This document shows, piece by piece, positions 43,742-53,812 of a DNA stretch of 64,000 nt. Under the pieces are notes generated by a model. It was not told the DNA's origin. It saw nothing but the letters and a program-made list of their open reading frames with translations, and searched no databases. Both the position numbers and the translations under genes were made by a program. The DNA comes from Acidimicrobiales bacterium (GTDB lineage: Bacteria > Actinomycetota > Acidimicrobiia > Acidimicrobiales > SZUA-35): positions 209,610-273,609 of the forward strand of contig OZ244195.1 in NCBI GenBank assembly GCA_965216685.1. The letters run 5' to 3'. The first letter of the stretch is position 1. Every line of letters starts with the position of its first letter.

Positions 43742-44089
43742 TGTTCCGCCGGCCGGAACCAGCAGCCGGAGCAGCCGACCGTCATCCGGTCGGCGTTGTC
43801 GGGGGTCGTGGGTTCGATCATGACGATAGTGAGTTTCGTCGGCTTGTGGACCCTAGATGCAGAGCAGCCTGGGGGTTCGAGCCACAACGGTGTCTATTCA
43901 TCAATATACCTCCAGCAATTGCCCTAATAGTCTGCGCAGTAGCTCCAACCATTCGCAGCCCCATGATCGTTGACCATTGGACATGTATAGCTGCACTTGA
44001 ACGGGACAATCGTGTCTTATTACGTTTTATAGAGGGTTCTTGGATGGACGAGATTGACGATCTACTATCGCGCCGTGGCTAGAGGCGAG

Positions 44090-45076
44090 ATGCTCCCAAT
44101 TCAACATGGTGCTCGCGCTCTCGGGGTGACGGATCATGAGCTGCGCCGCTTGGCGGAGCAGGGAGCCGTACCGGGGGCGGTCGAACGAGACGGTCAGTGG
44201 CTGATTCCGACCACGGCTCTGGTTCCCGTGGCCAAACAACAGGGTTGGACGCTCGATCTGGCGCTGCTGCAACAACAGCTCGATGAGCAAGGGGTGGGCC
44301 GCTACACCGGCGACATGATGGCGGCTCAGGCCGCCGTTCTCCTGGCCAAGACCCAGGCCACCGCGGCGCGAGTTGAGAGCCGGGACCTGCTGCGCCGCTT
44401 ACGGGAGGAAACGGCCAGGGCGGAGGCCGATAGAGCGGCCCGCCTGGAGGCGGCCGAGGCCCTGGCCGACTCCGAACAGGAAATGCAACGAGTGCGCCGT
44501 CACCATGCGGTGGCCGAGGCCAGACTGGCCGAACTTCGCCGACAGCTGGCCGGTGAAGACCAGCAGATCCAGTTCATGATCGATCGGATCAACAGTCTCG
44601 AACAGGAGCGGTTCCGGCTCAGTCAAAGTCTGGGCTGGCTGGGGCGACTCAGATACCGCCGGATGATTAGCCGCCAACTCTCCCGCCCGACGCCGGCTGC
44701 ACCGAGCGCCGAGCGATCGTCTGGTATTGCCGGAGCGGATCAACGACCGGCCCCTCCCCCGCCGTGGTCTCTCGAGGCCGAAGGCACCCAGTCGCCACCA
44801 ACGGCTGCACCGCCACCTCCAGTGGACGATTATCGGGGCCCGGCTATCAAACCGACCGAGCTTCCGCCGGTGTCCATTCAGTCAGCATCGACGGTGACGT
44901 ACCCGGTTGATGACTCGGTCGTGGCCGATGTCGCTGAGCCTTCGGCGAGCCGTGCCACTGAGCCTTCGGCGAACCGTGCCGCCGGCCCAGCCACCGTGCC
45001 CCGATCGGGCGACGGCCGCTTCGATCAATCGGCGCTGGCCACCATGCGGTCGAATACTCCACTGGCGGCACCCTGA
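44090..45076 (+). CDS. HTH (excisionase/MerR-like) plus coiled-coil protein with a Pro/Ala-rich tail
   Basis: N-terminal GARALGVTDHELRRLAEQGAVPG..RDGQWLIP, then heptad-rich Ala/Arg/Glu/Leu segments. The track start at 44054 is a TTG, so the start is uncertain. Confidence 0.45.
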   Translation: MLPIQHGARALGVTDHELRRLAEQGAVPGAVERDGQWLIPTTALVPVAKQQGWTLDLALLQQQLDEQGVGRYTGDMMAAQAAVLLAKTQATAARVESRDLLRRLREETARAEADRAARLEAAEALADSEQEMQRVRRHHAVAEARLAELRRQLAGEDQQIQFMIDRINSLEQERFRLSQSLGWLGRLRYRRMISRQLSRPTPAAPSAERSSGIAGADQRPAPPPPWSLEAEGTQSPPTAAPPPPVDDYRGPAIKPTELPPVSIQSASTVTYPVDDSVVADVAEPSASRATEPSANRAAGPATVPRSGDGRFDQSALATMRSNTPLAAP

Positions 45077-45115
45077 GCAGCAGCCGGACAGGGTCCGACC
45101 CAGTAGCCTTGGGTC

Positions 45116-45580
45116 ATGGCCGTAAAGATGATTACGACCAACAAGCAGGCCCACCGCAACTATGACATCACCGAGACCTTCGAGGCCGGGATCGCCCTTC
45201 GGGGTAGTGAGGTCAAGTCGCTGCGGGAGTCGAAGGTCCAGATCAGCGATGCCTACGCTCGTTTCGAGGACGGTGAGCTGTGGCTCGTCGGGCTGCACAT
45301 CGCCCCCTACACCCGGGCCAGCACCCATCAACGATACGATCCGACCCGCAAGCGAAAGCTGCTTCTGCACCGGGCGGAACTCGATCGGCTGTTCTCCAAG
45401 TCGGAGCAGGATCACCTGGCGTTGGTTCCCATGGCCCTCTACTTCAAGAACAACCGGGCCAAGCTCGAGGTGGGCCTCGGTCGGGGCCGAAAGACCGTTG
45501 ACAAGCGACAGTTGATCGCCAAGCGGGATGCCGACCGGGAAGCTCGCCGGGAGCTGGCGGAACGCACCCGCCGCCGCTGA
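45116..45580 (+). CDS. smpB: SsrA-binding protein
   Basis: NKQAHRNYDITETFEAGIALRGSEVKSLR and the LHIAPY motif. Confidence 0.9.
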   Translation: MAVKMITTNKQAHRNYDITETFEAGIALRGSEVKSLRESKVQISDAYARFEDGELWLVGLHIAPYTRASTHQRYDPTRKRKLLLHRAELDRLFSKSEQDHLALVPMALYFKNNRAKLEVGLGRGRKTVDKRQLIAKRDADREARRELAERTRRR

Positions 45581-45705
45581 ATCGACCGGTATGATGGATG
45601 GTTCCCCAACCGGGGCCGGTTCGGCCACAGGCTGGACCACGCTACTTGAAACGAAACGAGCCACATGGCGGCCCCCGGGCCGTCCGACCGGCTTGTTTCA
45701 ACCTC

Positions 45706-46090
45706 GGGGCTGATCGGTTTCGACGTTGAGACGAGAAGTCGTGTGTGCGACCCGAGTTGCTCAGACTCGTTAAACGGGGCTTAACAGAAGCGCCAACAAG
45801 GCTGACTTCGCTCTCGCCGCCTGATAATCAGGTAGCTAGAGGAACATCGCGAGCCGCGAGGCCACGCGGGGCCTGATCATTGCAGCCCGGCAACAGAAGC
45901 AGTGGTGGACGATGGGAGAGACCATTGACGGCAGGCAAAGACCGCTGACTCCTGGGAAAGCCCAGGCGGAATGCCGCAAGGCAACGTTGACCCGGCAACC
46001 AGGCAACCGTAGAGCCGAATCACGGGAATGGTCGTAGCGTGTGCGATGACTCCTCAGCGGACGGGGGTTCGATTCCCCCCAGCTCCACCA
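45706..46090 (+). ncRNA. ssrA: tmRNA (transfer-messenger RNA)
   Basis: The 5' end GGGGCTGATCGGTTTCGAC pairs with the 3' tRNA-like end GACGGGGGTTCGATTCCCCCCAGCTCCACCA. The tag reading frame is GCC AAC AAG GCT GAC TTC GCT CTC GCC GCC TGA TAA (tag ...ADFALAA). It lies immediately downstream of smpB. Confidence 0.85.
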
Positions 46091-46094
46091 TTTT

Positions 46095-46106
46095 GGTTGT
46101 GCGCTC
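46095..46106. repeat. solo left arm of the hairpin family (GGTTGTGCGCTC)
   Basis: It starts 5 nt after the tmRNA CCA end. It resembles the left arms at 48433 and 58070, but no matching right arm is seen. Confidence 0.35.
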
Positions 46107-46148
46107 GGACACTGGCCGTCTGCCATATACCTGACTAAAGTCAGATAC

Positions 46149-47048
46149 ATGACGGATACGGCTGAGGCCTTACGCACATTCAATCGCCGCTACACCCAGC
46201 GCATCGGCGTTCTCGACGACCGATTCCTCGGCCTCGACCGTCCCCTGGCCGCCTCCCGGCTGCTGTGGGAGATCGGGGAAGCTGGACGGGCCGTGGCCGA
46301 CCTTCGCCAGATCCTGGGAGTCGACTCGGCCTATCTGAGCCGGCTTCTGCGCCGGCTGGAAGCCGACGGCTTGGCCACCACCACCGGCGATCCGCTCGAC
46401 GGCCGTAGGCGACGGGCCGTTCTGACCACCGCCGGCCGGAACGAATGGCACAGAATCGAGACCCGGTCGCAGATGCTGGCCGAAGACATCATCGAGCCGT
46501 TGAGCCAACGGCAACGTCGATCGCTGACCGAAGCACTGGAAACCGCAGACCGGCTGCTGACGGCGGCCGCAGTCGTCGTCTCCCCCGTTGATCCGGCCGA
46601 TGTCGAGGCGGTGGCCGCCCTCGGTCGCTATTTCGACGAGCTCAACCACCGCTTCGACGGTGGTTTCGATCCCGGCGACGCCATCATTGCCGACGCCGAC
46701 AGCTTCCGACAGCCCAACGGTGCCTTTCTCCTGGCTCGAGACAGCACCAGTCGGCCCGACGGTGTCAGCGATCCGGTGGGCTGCGGCGCCGTGCACCGGC
46801 TCGATCACGACGTCGCCGAGATCAAGAGGATGTGGATCAATCCGGTATGGCGGGGATTGGGTCTGGGTCGGCGCCTGCTGGCTCAACTCGAACAAACGGC
46901 CCGGAACCTCGGCTGCTCCACCGTGCGGCTGGACACCAACAGCGTGCTGACCGAGGCCATCGCCATGTACCGGTCAAACGGCTACGAGCCAATCGACCGC
47001 TACAACGACAACCCGTTCGCCAGATGCTGGTTCGAGAAGCCACTTTGA
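46149..47048 (+). CDS. MarR-type HTH fused to a GNAT N-acetyltransferase
   Basis: N-terminal winged HTH (LGVDSAYLSRLLRRLEADGL) and a C-terminal GNAT motif (IKRMWINPVWRGLGLGRRLLAQLE). Confidence 0.75.
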   Translation: MTDTAEALRTFNRRYTQRIGVLDDRFLGLDRPLAASRLLWEIGEAGRAVADLRQILGVDSAYLSRLLRRLEADGLATTTGDPLDGRRRRAVLTTAGRNEWHRIETRSQMLAEDIIEPLSQRQRRSLTEALETADRLLTAAAVVVSPVDPADVEAVAALGRYFDELNHRFDGGFDPGDAIIADADSFRQPNGAFLLARDSTSRPDGVSDPVGCGAVHRLDHDVAEIKRMWINPVWRGLGLGRRLLAQLEQTARNLGCSTVRLDTNSVLTEAIAMYRSNGYEPIDRYNDNPFARCWFEKPL

Positions 47049-47151
47049 CATCAGACGGCCGCCCGTCGCCAGGGGAATGGCCGCCGATCGGAGGCCGGCA
47101 GACTTCGCCTACAAAGTTGTTGCCGCCCCATATTTCTTGCAAGATTGTCGC

Positions 47152-48420
47152 ATGTCCCCAGCGGCTGCCGCTCCGCGTCCGTCGACGGATCACCGTCGAG
47201 CGTATGGTGCCGGTATCGTCGCGGGAGTTCTCACCCTGGCTCTGTCCTGGGTCCTACTGACTCAGCTGGGCTGGATCGGGGTGGCCGATGCGTCATCCGG
47301 GTTCGCCCTGGACGCCGGTGATTGCCTGGACTTGACGACCGGCGACGCCGTCGACGTTCAGGAGGTCGACTGCAGCTCACCCCACGACGGTGAAGTTGCC
47401 GGCTTGGCCACCCATCCGGACAACGGACGGCCGTTCCCCGGGGAGGACGTGACCAGGGTGTGGTTCGAGCGGGAATGCCGGGAGGTCATGACCGACTACC
47501 TGGGGGCCGACTACCTGACCACCACGCTGAACGCCGCGATCATCGTCCCCAGTGAGAGCGAATGGGAGGACGGCGTTCATCATGCCGTCTGTTATCTGAC
47601 GGCGACCGACGGGGAGGGTCAGCTGACGGAGTCGATCAGGGGTCGGGCCGATGACTTCGCCCGGAGCGATGTAGTCACCATCGACCGGTTGCTGCCCGGC
47701 GACTGTTTCGTACCGGCCGGCTCCAACGAGCCGTTCGGCCTGCGGAGCAGCGACACCGTCGAGCTGGTCGACTGCGATGGGGCGTTTGCCGGACTCTTCT
47801 TCGGACGGGGGAACCTCCCATTCCCCGATGATGTGGCACTGCCCGACAACGACGAACTGACCGACTCCAGCACGACAGCCTGCTCGGCCGAGTTCGAATC
47901 GTTCTTCGGTGTCGAATCGGCCGTCGGCTACACGTTCAGATTCTGGCGACCGTCGAAATCAAACTGGAACGACGGTGACCGGGAGGTGCTGTGCGCCGTC
48001 CTGAGTAACGATCCGATCGACGGTCCGTTCACTCCCGTCGACTATCCCGAGCTCCACAAACTCGGTACCGGGCAATGCTTCGGGCTGCTCCCCGAACAGA
48101 CGGCGGAGACCCTTTCCCTTGACGACCACGTGCGCCCCGTCCGCTGCAGCCAGCCCCATGTCGGCCAGATGATCGGAGGCGGCGAGTTCAACCCCGGTCT
48201 GCGCTTCCCCGGCGACAACCAGGCCAAGGCCATGACCGAGCGGGAGTGCCGAGGCCTGTTCGAGACCTTCATCGGTATCGAACCGGCCGACTCGGAGTAC
48301 GGTCGATTCCCCTACTGGTACCCGGACGAGGAGGCCTGGGCCGCCGACGACACCCGCTACGCCTGCGCCATCCTCGACGAGGATGTGCTCACCGACTCGC
48401 TGCAGGGAAGTCGGCGCTGA
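47152..48420 (+). CDS. membrane-anchored protein with repeated septum-formation-like Cys-containing domains
   Basis: A TM segment (GIVAGVLTLALSWVLL), then repeats of the pattern GDC...V.C...H.GEV / ...R.Y.C. ATG 47152 was chosen over the track start at 47077. Confidence 0.5.
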   Translation: MSPAAAAPRPSTDHRRAYGAGIVAGVLTLALSWVLLTQLGWIGVADASSGFALDAGDCLDLTTGDAVDVQEVDCSSPHDGEVAGLATHPDNGRPFPGEDVTRVWFERECREVMTDYLGADYLTTTLNAAIIVPSESEWEDGVHHAVCYLTATDGEGQLTESIRGRADDFARSDVVTIDRLLPGDCFVPAGSNEPFGLRSSDTVELVDCDGAFAGLFFGRGNLPFPDDVALPDNDELTDSSTTACSAEFESFFGVESAVGYTFRFWRPSKSNWNDGDREVLCAVLSNDPIDGPFTPVDYPELHKLGTGQCFGLLPEQTAETLSLDDHVRPVRCSQPHVGQMIGGGEFNPGLRFPGDNQAKAMTERECRGLFETFIGIEPADSEYGRFPYWYPDEEAWAADDTRYACAILDEDVLTDSLQGSRR

Positions 48421-48432
48421 AATCCTCCCATA

Positions 48433-48472
48433 TGTGCGCTCTGGACCCCGGCTCCGGGGTCCAGAGCGCACA
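48433..48472. terminator. perfect 19-bp palindromic hairpin of the TGTGCGC...GCGCACA family
   Basis: TGTGCGCTCTGGACCCCGG-CT-CCGGGGTCCAGAGCGCACA sits between convergent genes ending at 48420 and 48500. Confidence 0.6.
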
Positions 48473-48499
48473 GTTCGGACGGTTGATGACGGCGGGCGA

Positions 48500-49375
48500 T
48501 CACCGGAATGGGGGCGGTACCCAATCGGGAAAGACGTCGGGTAGATCCTCCGATGGCTTGAGCGACCATTGCGGCAGCCGTTTCTCCAGAAAACTGGTCA
48601 CCCCTTCCCGAGCATCGGCCAGCTTGCCCAACTCCTGGATGGCTCGGGAGTCGGCCCGGTGGGCTTCCATGGGATGGGCAAAGGTCAGCCCCCGCCACAA
48701 CAGTTGTCGGGTCAGCGCCACCGATACCGGAGCCGACTGGGCGAACTCAGTGGCCAGCTCGTGGGCCCGATCCATCAGATCGTCGGCAGCCACCAACTCA
48801 CCCAGACCGCCTTGGGCTGCTTCGGTCGCCGGGAACACTCGACCGGAGTAGCACCAGCGGGCGGCCTGTGAAATGCCGACCAGACGGGGAAGGAACCACG
48901 AAGAGCAGGCCTCGGGCGTGATACCCCGTCGGGCGAAGACAAACCCGATCTTGGCTCCGTCGGCCAGGAGGCGTACGTCCATGGGCAGCGTCATGGTGAT
49001 GCCGATTCCCACCGCCGGGCCGTTGATGGCGGCAATCAGCGGTTTGGTCAGCTCATAGAACCGCAGCGTGACAATCCCCCCTCCGTCCCGCCGCACGCCG
49101 TTGGCCCAACGATCCGGACCATCACCGTCGGACTTCGCCCGGGCCTGGGCATCGAAGGTGGCATCGCCTCGTCCCAGATCGGCACCGGCACAGAAGGCGC
49201 GGCCCTCACCGGTGACGATGACCGCCCGCACGGCATCGTCGCCGTCGATCTCGTCGCAGGCCATGAGCAGCTCCCGTACCATGGTGTCATTGAAGGCGTT
49301 GAGCCTCTCCGGTCGGCTGAGGGTCAACCTGGCCACCGGGCCTTGACGGTCGAGACGAATCGTTTCGTAGGACAT
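48500..49375 (-). CDS. enoyl-CoA hydratase/isomerase (crotonase) family protein
   Basis: Starts MSYETIRLDRQGPVARLTLSRPERLNAF, then VIVTGEGRAFCAGADL. The track ORF extends to 49567 through the end of the upstream gene. Confidence 0.8.
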   Translation of the reverse strand: MSYETIRLDRQGPVARLTLSRPERLNAFNDTMVRELLMACDEIDGDDAVRAVIVTGEGRAFCAGADLGRGDATFDAQARAKSDGDGPDRWANGVRRDGGGIVTLRFYELTKPLIAAINGPAVGIGITMTLPMDVRLLADGAKIGFVFARRGITPEACSSWFLPRLVGISQAARWCYSGRVFPATEAAQGGLGELVAADDLMDRAHELATEFAQSAPVSVALTRQLLWRGLTFAHPMEAHRADSRAIQELGKLADAREGVTSFLEKRLPQWSLKPSEDLPDVFPDWVPPPFR

Positions 49376-49382
49376 AGAACAG

Positions 49383-50918
49383 TCAGCCTCGTCCGATGAC
49401 GGCCGGATACATGGCCGCCACCAGCTCGTCGGATCGGCGACTGATCGGCTCCCACCACGTCTTGTCGTAGCGGTAGTGGTCCCACAACGAGACCGACTCA
49501 TCACCCTCCAGAAGCAGGTCAATGGCCTGACCGCCCACGAATGCGGGATGGGCGTGACCGCAGGCATGGGCCAGCATCAGGAGCTCGTGGCGGAGACTGA
49601 GCACATAGTTGGCGGCCCGAACCGATTTGTCGGTCGGATCGAGCCCCCGGGTGAGCCACTTACTGTGGGTGGCCACCCCGGTGGGGCAGTGTCCGGTATG
49701 GCAACGCTGGGCCTGGATACAACCAACAGCCAGCATCGCCTCCCGGGCCACGTAGATCATGTCGGCCCCCAGGGCCATGGCCAGCAGACTCTCCCCGGGG
49801 AAGCCCAGACGCCCGGCCCCCATCCAGACCACCTTGTCGTGCATGCCCTGACCGGCAAACGTGCGGAAGACTTCGGCCATGCCCATCCGGTACGGCAACG
49901 AGACGTGATCGGAGAAGGCCAGCGGTGCCGCTCCGGTGCCGCCCTCACCACCATCGATGGCGATGAAGTCAGGTCCCCGCCCGGTGACCGCCATGGTGTG
50001 AGCCAGCTCGCTCCAGAAATGGCGGTCGCCGACCGCCGACTTGATACCGACCGGGAGACCGGTGGCCTCAGCCACCGTCTCGATGAAGTCGATCATGGAC
50101 GGCACCGAGTCGAAGGCCGAGTGATTGGCCGGGCTGGCCACGGTGATCCCGACGGGTACGCCCCGGGCTTCAGCTATCTCCTCGGTCACCTTCGACCCGG
50201 GCAGGCGACCGCCGAGCCCGGGCTTTGCTCCTTGGCTGAGCTTGATCTCAATGCACTTGATGGTGGGCACCGAATCCACCAGCTCCACCGCCTTGTCGAG
50301 GTTGAACGTACCATCGGGGTTTCGGGCGCCGAAGTAGCCGGTACCGAACTGCAGGATCAGATCGCCGCCATGTCGATGGTGTCGGCTGACGCCACCTTCA
50401 CCGGTGTTGTGCATACAGCCGGCGATCTTGGCCCCTCGGTTCAACGCCTCGATGGCCACGCCTGACAGCGAGCCGAAGCTCATGGCCGAGATGTTGACCA
50501 CCGACTCCGGCCGGAAGGCTTTGGGCCGGTTGCGCCACTCCCCCATGATCTTGGCGCAGGGCAGGTGGCTCTCCTCACTGGGATCGATGCCGTCGGGCAC
50601 CCGGAAAGGGAAGGCCGAGTGGCGGATGATCGGATACTGGGGCGAATCCATCTTGGAGTCGGTACCGAACCCGAAGTACTGGTTCTCCCGCTTGGACGAG
50701 GCGTACACCCAGCGTCGTTGGTCGCGGCTGAAGGGTCGTTCCTCGTCGTTGTCGGTAACTATGTACTGACGGAGCTCCGGCCCTATCTTCTCCAGGAGGT
50801 AGCGGAGCCGCCCGATCAGTGGATAGTTGCGGCGCACGGCGTGGCGTGTCTGAAACAGATCGACGACGACCAGCCACAGTACGAGGCCGACGAGGAGCAA
50901 CCCGATGATCCAAACCAT
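49383..50918 (-). CDS. membrane-anchored FMN-binding glutamate-synthase-domain protein (second paralogue)
   Basis: An N-terminal TM segment (VWIIGLLLVGLVLWLVVV), then ISAMSFGSLS, GEGG, QGAKPGLGG, IDGGEGGTGAAP and CHTGHCPTGVATH. Confidence 0.75.
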   Translation of the reverse strand: MVWIIGLLLVGLVLWLVVVDLFQTRHAVRRNYPLIGRLRYLLEKIGPELRQYIVTDNDEERPFSRDQRRWVYASSKRENQYFGFGTDSKMDSPQYPIIRHSAFPFRVPDGIDPSEESHLPCAKIMGEWRNRPKAFRPESVVNISAMSFGSLSGVAIEALNRGAKIAGCMHNTGEGGVSRHHRHGGDLILQFGTGYFGARNPDGTFNLDKAVELVDSVPTIKCIEIKLSQGAKPGLGGRLPGSKVTEEIAEARGVPVGITVASPANHSAFDSVPSMIDFIETVAEATGLPVGIKSAVGDRHFWSELAHTMAVTGRGPDFIAIDGGEGGTGAAPLAFSDHVSLPYRMGMAEVFRTFAGQGMHDKVVWMGAGRLGFPGESLLAMALGADMIYVAREAMLAVGCIQAQRCHTGHCPTGVATHSKWLTRGLDPTDKSVRAANYVLSLRHELLMLAHACGHAHPAFVGGQAIDLLLEGDESVSLWDHYRYDKTWWEPISRRSDELVAAMYPAVIGRG

Positions 50919-50990
50919 GGATCAACGATAGCCAACGACCGGGCGAGCAGGCCGCCTGGGCCGGCCGATTGCCAAGGTGGATCGCCGGGA

Positions 50991-51884
50991 TCAGGCGTCG
51001 AGGTATCGGGTAACCGCCACCCCGGCTCCGACGGCGCCGATCAGGGCTCCGACCAGCAACAGCGCGCCACCGATGGTCAGGACCTGGTCGGCGGGAACGG
51101 CGAAATCGCGGAAGATGTAGTTCTGAAGGTCCTGGAAGAAGTCACCGATCAGTTTGTTGACGGCGAACACCGTGAAGATGCTGAGGACCGCTCCCAGCAG
51201 GCCCTGCAGGAGTCCTTCCAGCATGAAGGGGATGCGGATGAACCACTTGGTGGCACCGACCAGGCGCATGACCTCGATCTCCCGCCGGCGGGCGAAGACT
51301 GCGGTTCGGATCGAGTTGTACATCAGCAGGGCCGAAGCCCCGGCCGCCGCCCCGGCCGCCGCCAGCATCACCGTTGAGCTGCCCTCGGAGAATGTGCTGA
51401 TGGCCCGGATATTGTCGCTGGCGAAGTCCACGTCGGTCACGCCGGGAATATTCTCGATCTCGTTTCCGATCGAGCGGATGAGGTCGACATCGGTGTCACT
51501 CGGCTGTACCTGGAACGACATGGGCAGCTCGTCCGGACCGACCAGGGCCAGCAGCTCTGGCTCGTCGGCGAAGAAGTTCTGGAACTCGGCGTAGGTTGCT
51601 TCCCGGTCGATGAAGTACTGGTTGTCGACGTAGGGATTGGAGGCCAGGAAATCCTGGATGCTCTCGATCTGGGTCGGCTGTACGTTGACGTCCAGCCAGA
51701 CGATGAACTCGACCTCGTCCTTGAACGACGTGTTGATCCGGCCAACGCCCTGCTGAACCAGCAGGGCAACCCCCATCAACGACAGGGATACGGCCACGGT
51801 GAGAATAGTGGCCAGGCTCAGCGACGGGTTGCGGATGAGGTTCTGGCCGGTTTCTTTGAGGAGGTAATCAGCGCGAATTGCCAT
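50991..51884 (-). CDS. ftsX: cell-division ABC transporter permease FtsX
   Basis: The FtsX topology is present (N-terminal TM, periplasmic domain, three C-terminal TMs). The gene is downstream of ftsE. Confidence 0.85.
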   Translation of the reverse strand: MAIRADYLLKETGQNLIRNPSLSLATILTVAVSLSLMGVALLVQQGVGRINTSFKDEVEFIVWLDVNVQPTQIESIQDFLASNPYVDNQYFIDREATYAEFQNFFADEPELLALVGPDELPMSFQVQPSDTDVDLIRSIGNEIENIPGVTDVDFASDNIRAISTFSEGSSTVMLAAAGAAAGASALLMYNSIRTAVFARRREIEVMRLVGATKWFIRIPFMLEGLLQGLLGAVLSIFTVFAVNKLIGDFFQDLQNYIFRDFAVPADQVLTIGGALLLVGALIGAVGAGVAVTRYLDA

Positions 51885-51955
51885 AAGGGATTTCTGGTCC
51901 TTGTCGTCGCGTGTCAGTATCGCCCATGGAGGGCGGCTGGGAATGGATGGGGCGG

Positions 51956-52636
51956 CTATTCGTAGACGCCGCGGGCCTGATCGCGCACGATCGACCCTTC
52001 CGATAGTTCGATGACCCGCTTTCGCATGGTGTCGACGATGCCCCGATCATGGCTGGCCATGACAACGGTGGTACCGGTCTTGTTGATCCGGTCCAACAGC
52101 CGCATGATGCCGATCGAGGTCTGTGGATCAAGGTTCCCCGTCGGCTCGTCGGCCAACAGGATAAGGGGACGGTTCACGAAGGCGCGGGCGATCGAAACCC
52201 GCTGCTGCTCACCGCCCGACAGTTGGTTGGGATACTTGGCCATCTTGTCGCCCAGGCCCACCAACTCACAGATGGCCGGTACCTGGGTACGGATCACACT
52301 TCGGGGCCTACCGATGACCTCGAGACTGAAGGCCACGTTCTCCGCCACGGTCTTGGTGGGGAGGAGTTTGAAATCCTGGAAGATGCTGCCGATGTTGCGG
52401 CGCAACATCGGCACCTTCCAGCTCGACATCTGTCCGATGTCCTTGCCGGCCACGAAGATCCGGCCGACATCAGGCTCCTCCTCCTTGTTGAGGAGACGGA
52501 GAAAGGTCGACTTACCGGAGCCCGACGGTCCGACGAGGAACACGAACTCGCCTTTGGCGATGTCGGCATAGGCGTCGCGCAGGGCCGGTTCGTTCTGTTC
52601 CGGATAAGACTTGGAAACACCTTCGAGCTTGATCAT
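51956..52636 (-). CDS. ftsE: cell-division ATP-binding protein FtsE
   Basis: [23 protein letters not shown] and [12 protein letters not shown]. Confidence 0.9.
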   Translation of the reverse strand: MIKLEGVSKSYPEQNEPALRDAYADIAKGEFVFLVGPSGSGKSTFLRLLNKEEEPDVGRIFVAGKDIGQMSSWKVPMLRRNIGSIFQDFKLLPTKTVAENVAFSLEVIGRPRSVIRTQVPAICELVGLGDKMAKYPNQLSGGEQQRVSIARAFVNRPLILLADEPTGNLDPQTSIGIMRLLDRINKTGTTVVMASHDRGIVDTMRKRVIELSEGSIVRDQARGVYE

Positions 52637-52699
52637 TGATATCCGTTTCCCTGGTCAGGGTTGAGGTCGGAGCCTGGCCACCAGGCACCTCGGGTAATT

Positions 52700-53812
52700 C
52701 TAGTTGCTGGCTTGACCGGCCCGGCGCCACCTCAGCCAAGCCTCCATAAATGGTCCGACTTCCCCATTGAGAACCCCGTCCGGATTACCCGAGGTCTCAC
52801 CGCTTCGTTCGTCTTTCACCTGCTGATAGGGCTGCAGCACATAACTCCGGATCTGGCTTCCCCACTCGACCTTCTTGGATTCACCGGCCTCCGAAGCCAG
52901 CTTCTCCTCCCGCTTCTGCCGCTCGAGGTCGACCAGCTTCATGGCCAGCATCTGCATGCAGCGGTCCTTGTTCTGATGCTGGGATCGCTCGTTCTGACAA
53001 GACACTACGATGCCGGTGGGCAGGTGGGTGATGCGAACGGCTGAATCGGTGGTGTTGACGTGCTGACCACCAGCTCCCGATGAGCGATAGACGTCTACCC
53101 GCAGGTCCTTGTCGTCGATGCTGACCTGGTCGGTGGCGTCTTCGATGTAGGGAACAACGGCGAACGAGGCGAACGCCGTATGACGGCGGGCCTGAGAGTC
53201 GAAGGGTGAGATGCGAACCAGGCGGTGCACTCCCCGCTCAGCCTGCAGCCACCCGTAGGCGTGGCGGCCACTGATCACGAACTCGGCCGAGGTGATTCCC
53301 GCTTCCTGCCCCTGCTGGACATCGGTCACCTCGAAGCCGAAGCCGTTGTTCTGGGCCCACTTGCGGTACATGGTCAGCAGCATCTCGGCCCAGTCCTGGG
53401 AATCGGTGCCGCCCGCTCCGGAGTGGATCTCGCAGACGGCGTCGCCTTCGTCGTACTGACCGGTGAACAGGGCCCGCAGCTCCAATTCGTTGAACCGGGC
53501 CTGCAACTGCTCGATCAATTCGACCGCCTCGGCCTCCAGCTCGGTGTCGCCCTCCTCCCGCGACAACTCGAACAAGGTCTCGGCATCATCGACCAGCCCC
53601 GACAGTTCGTCGAACAGGGTCAGGTCGTCTTTGACCGCGGTGAACTCGGTCTGTACCACCCGAGCCCGATCGGCGTCATCCCACAGATCGGGTCGGGCCA
53701 TCTCGGTCTCCAGCTGAGGCAGTCGAGCCCGCAGCTGGGCAACTCGTAGATACTCCTCCGCTTCATCGAGCTCAATCCGGAGGGCTTTGAGGTCTTCGGT
53801 CAGATCGGCCAT
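52700..53812 (-). CDS. prfB: peptide chain release factor 2
   Basis: The SPF tripeptide (RISPFDSQARRHT) and GGQ motif (SGAGGQHVNTT) are present. The frame is continuous from ATG 53812, with no internal in-frame stop. Confidence 0.9.
   Translation of the reverse strand: MADLTEDLKALRIELDEAEEYLRVAQLRARLPQLETEMARPDLWDDADRARVVQTEFTAVKDDLTLFDELSGLVDDAETLFELSREEGDTELEAEAVELIEQLQARFNELELRALFTGQYDEGDAVCEIHSGAGGTDSQDWAEMLLTMYRKWAQNNGFGFEVTDVQQGQEAGITSAEFVISGRHAYGWLQAERGVHRLVRISPFDSQARRHTAFASFAVVPYIEDATDQVSIDDKDLRVDVYRSSGAGGQHVNTTDSAVRITHLPTGIVVSCQNERSQHQNKDRCMQMLAMKLVDLERQKREEKLASEAGESKKVEWGSQIRSYVLQPYQQVKDERSGETSGNPDGVLNGEVGPFMEAWLRWRRAGQASN

Noticed and set aside
43800-43890. T-loop-like strings (GGGTTCGATCA and GGGGGTTCGAGCC) as tRNA or tmRNA 3'-end remnants marking an integration site.
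   Set aside because: Only about 10-11 nt match tRNA-Leu or the tmRNA. There is no acceptor-stem continuation and no integrase nearby, so this is compatible with chance in GC-rich DNA.
44934-44981. A 24-bp tandem repeat (CTGAGCCTTCGGCGARCCGTGCC x2) encoding EPSASRAT/EPSANRAA.
   Set aside because: It is a simple in-frame duplication within a low-complexity Pro/Ala/Ser tail, with no sign of a regulatory or mobile role.
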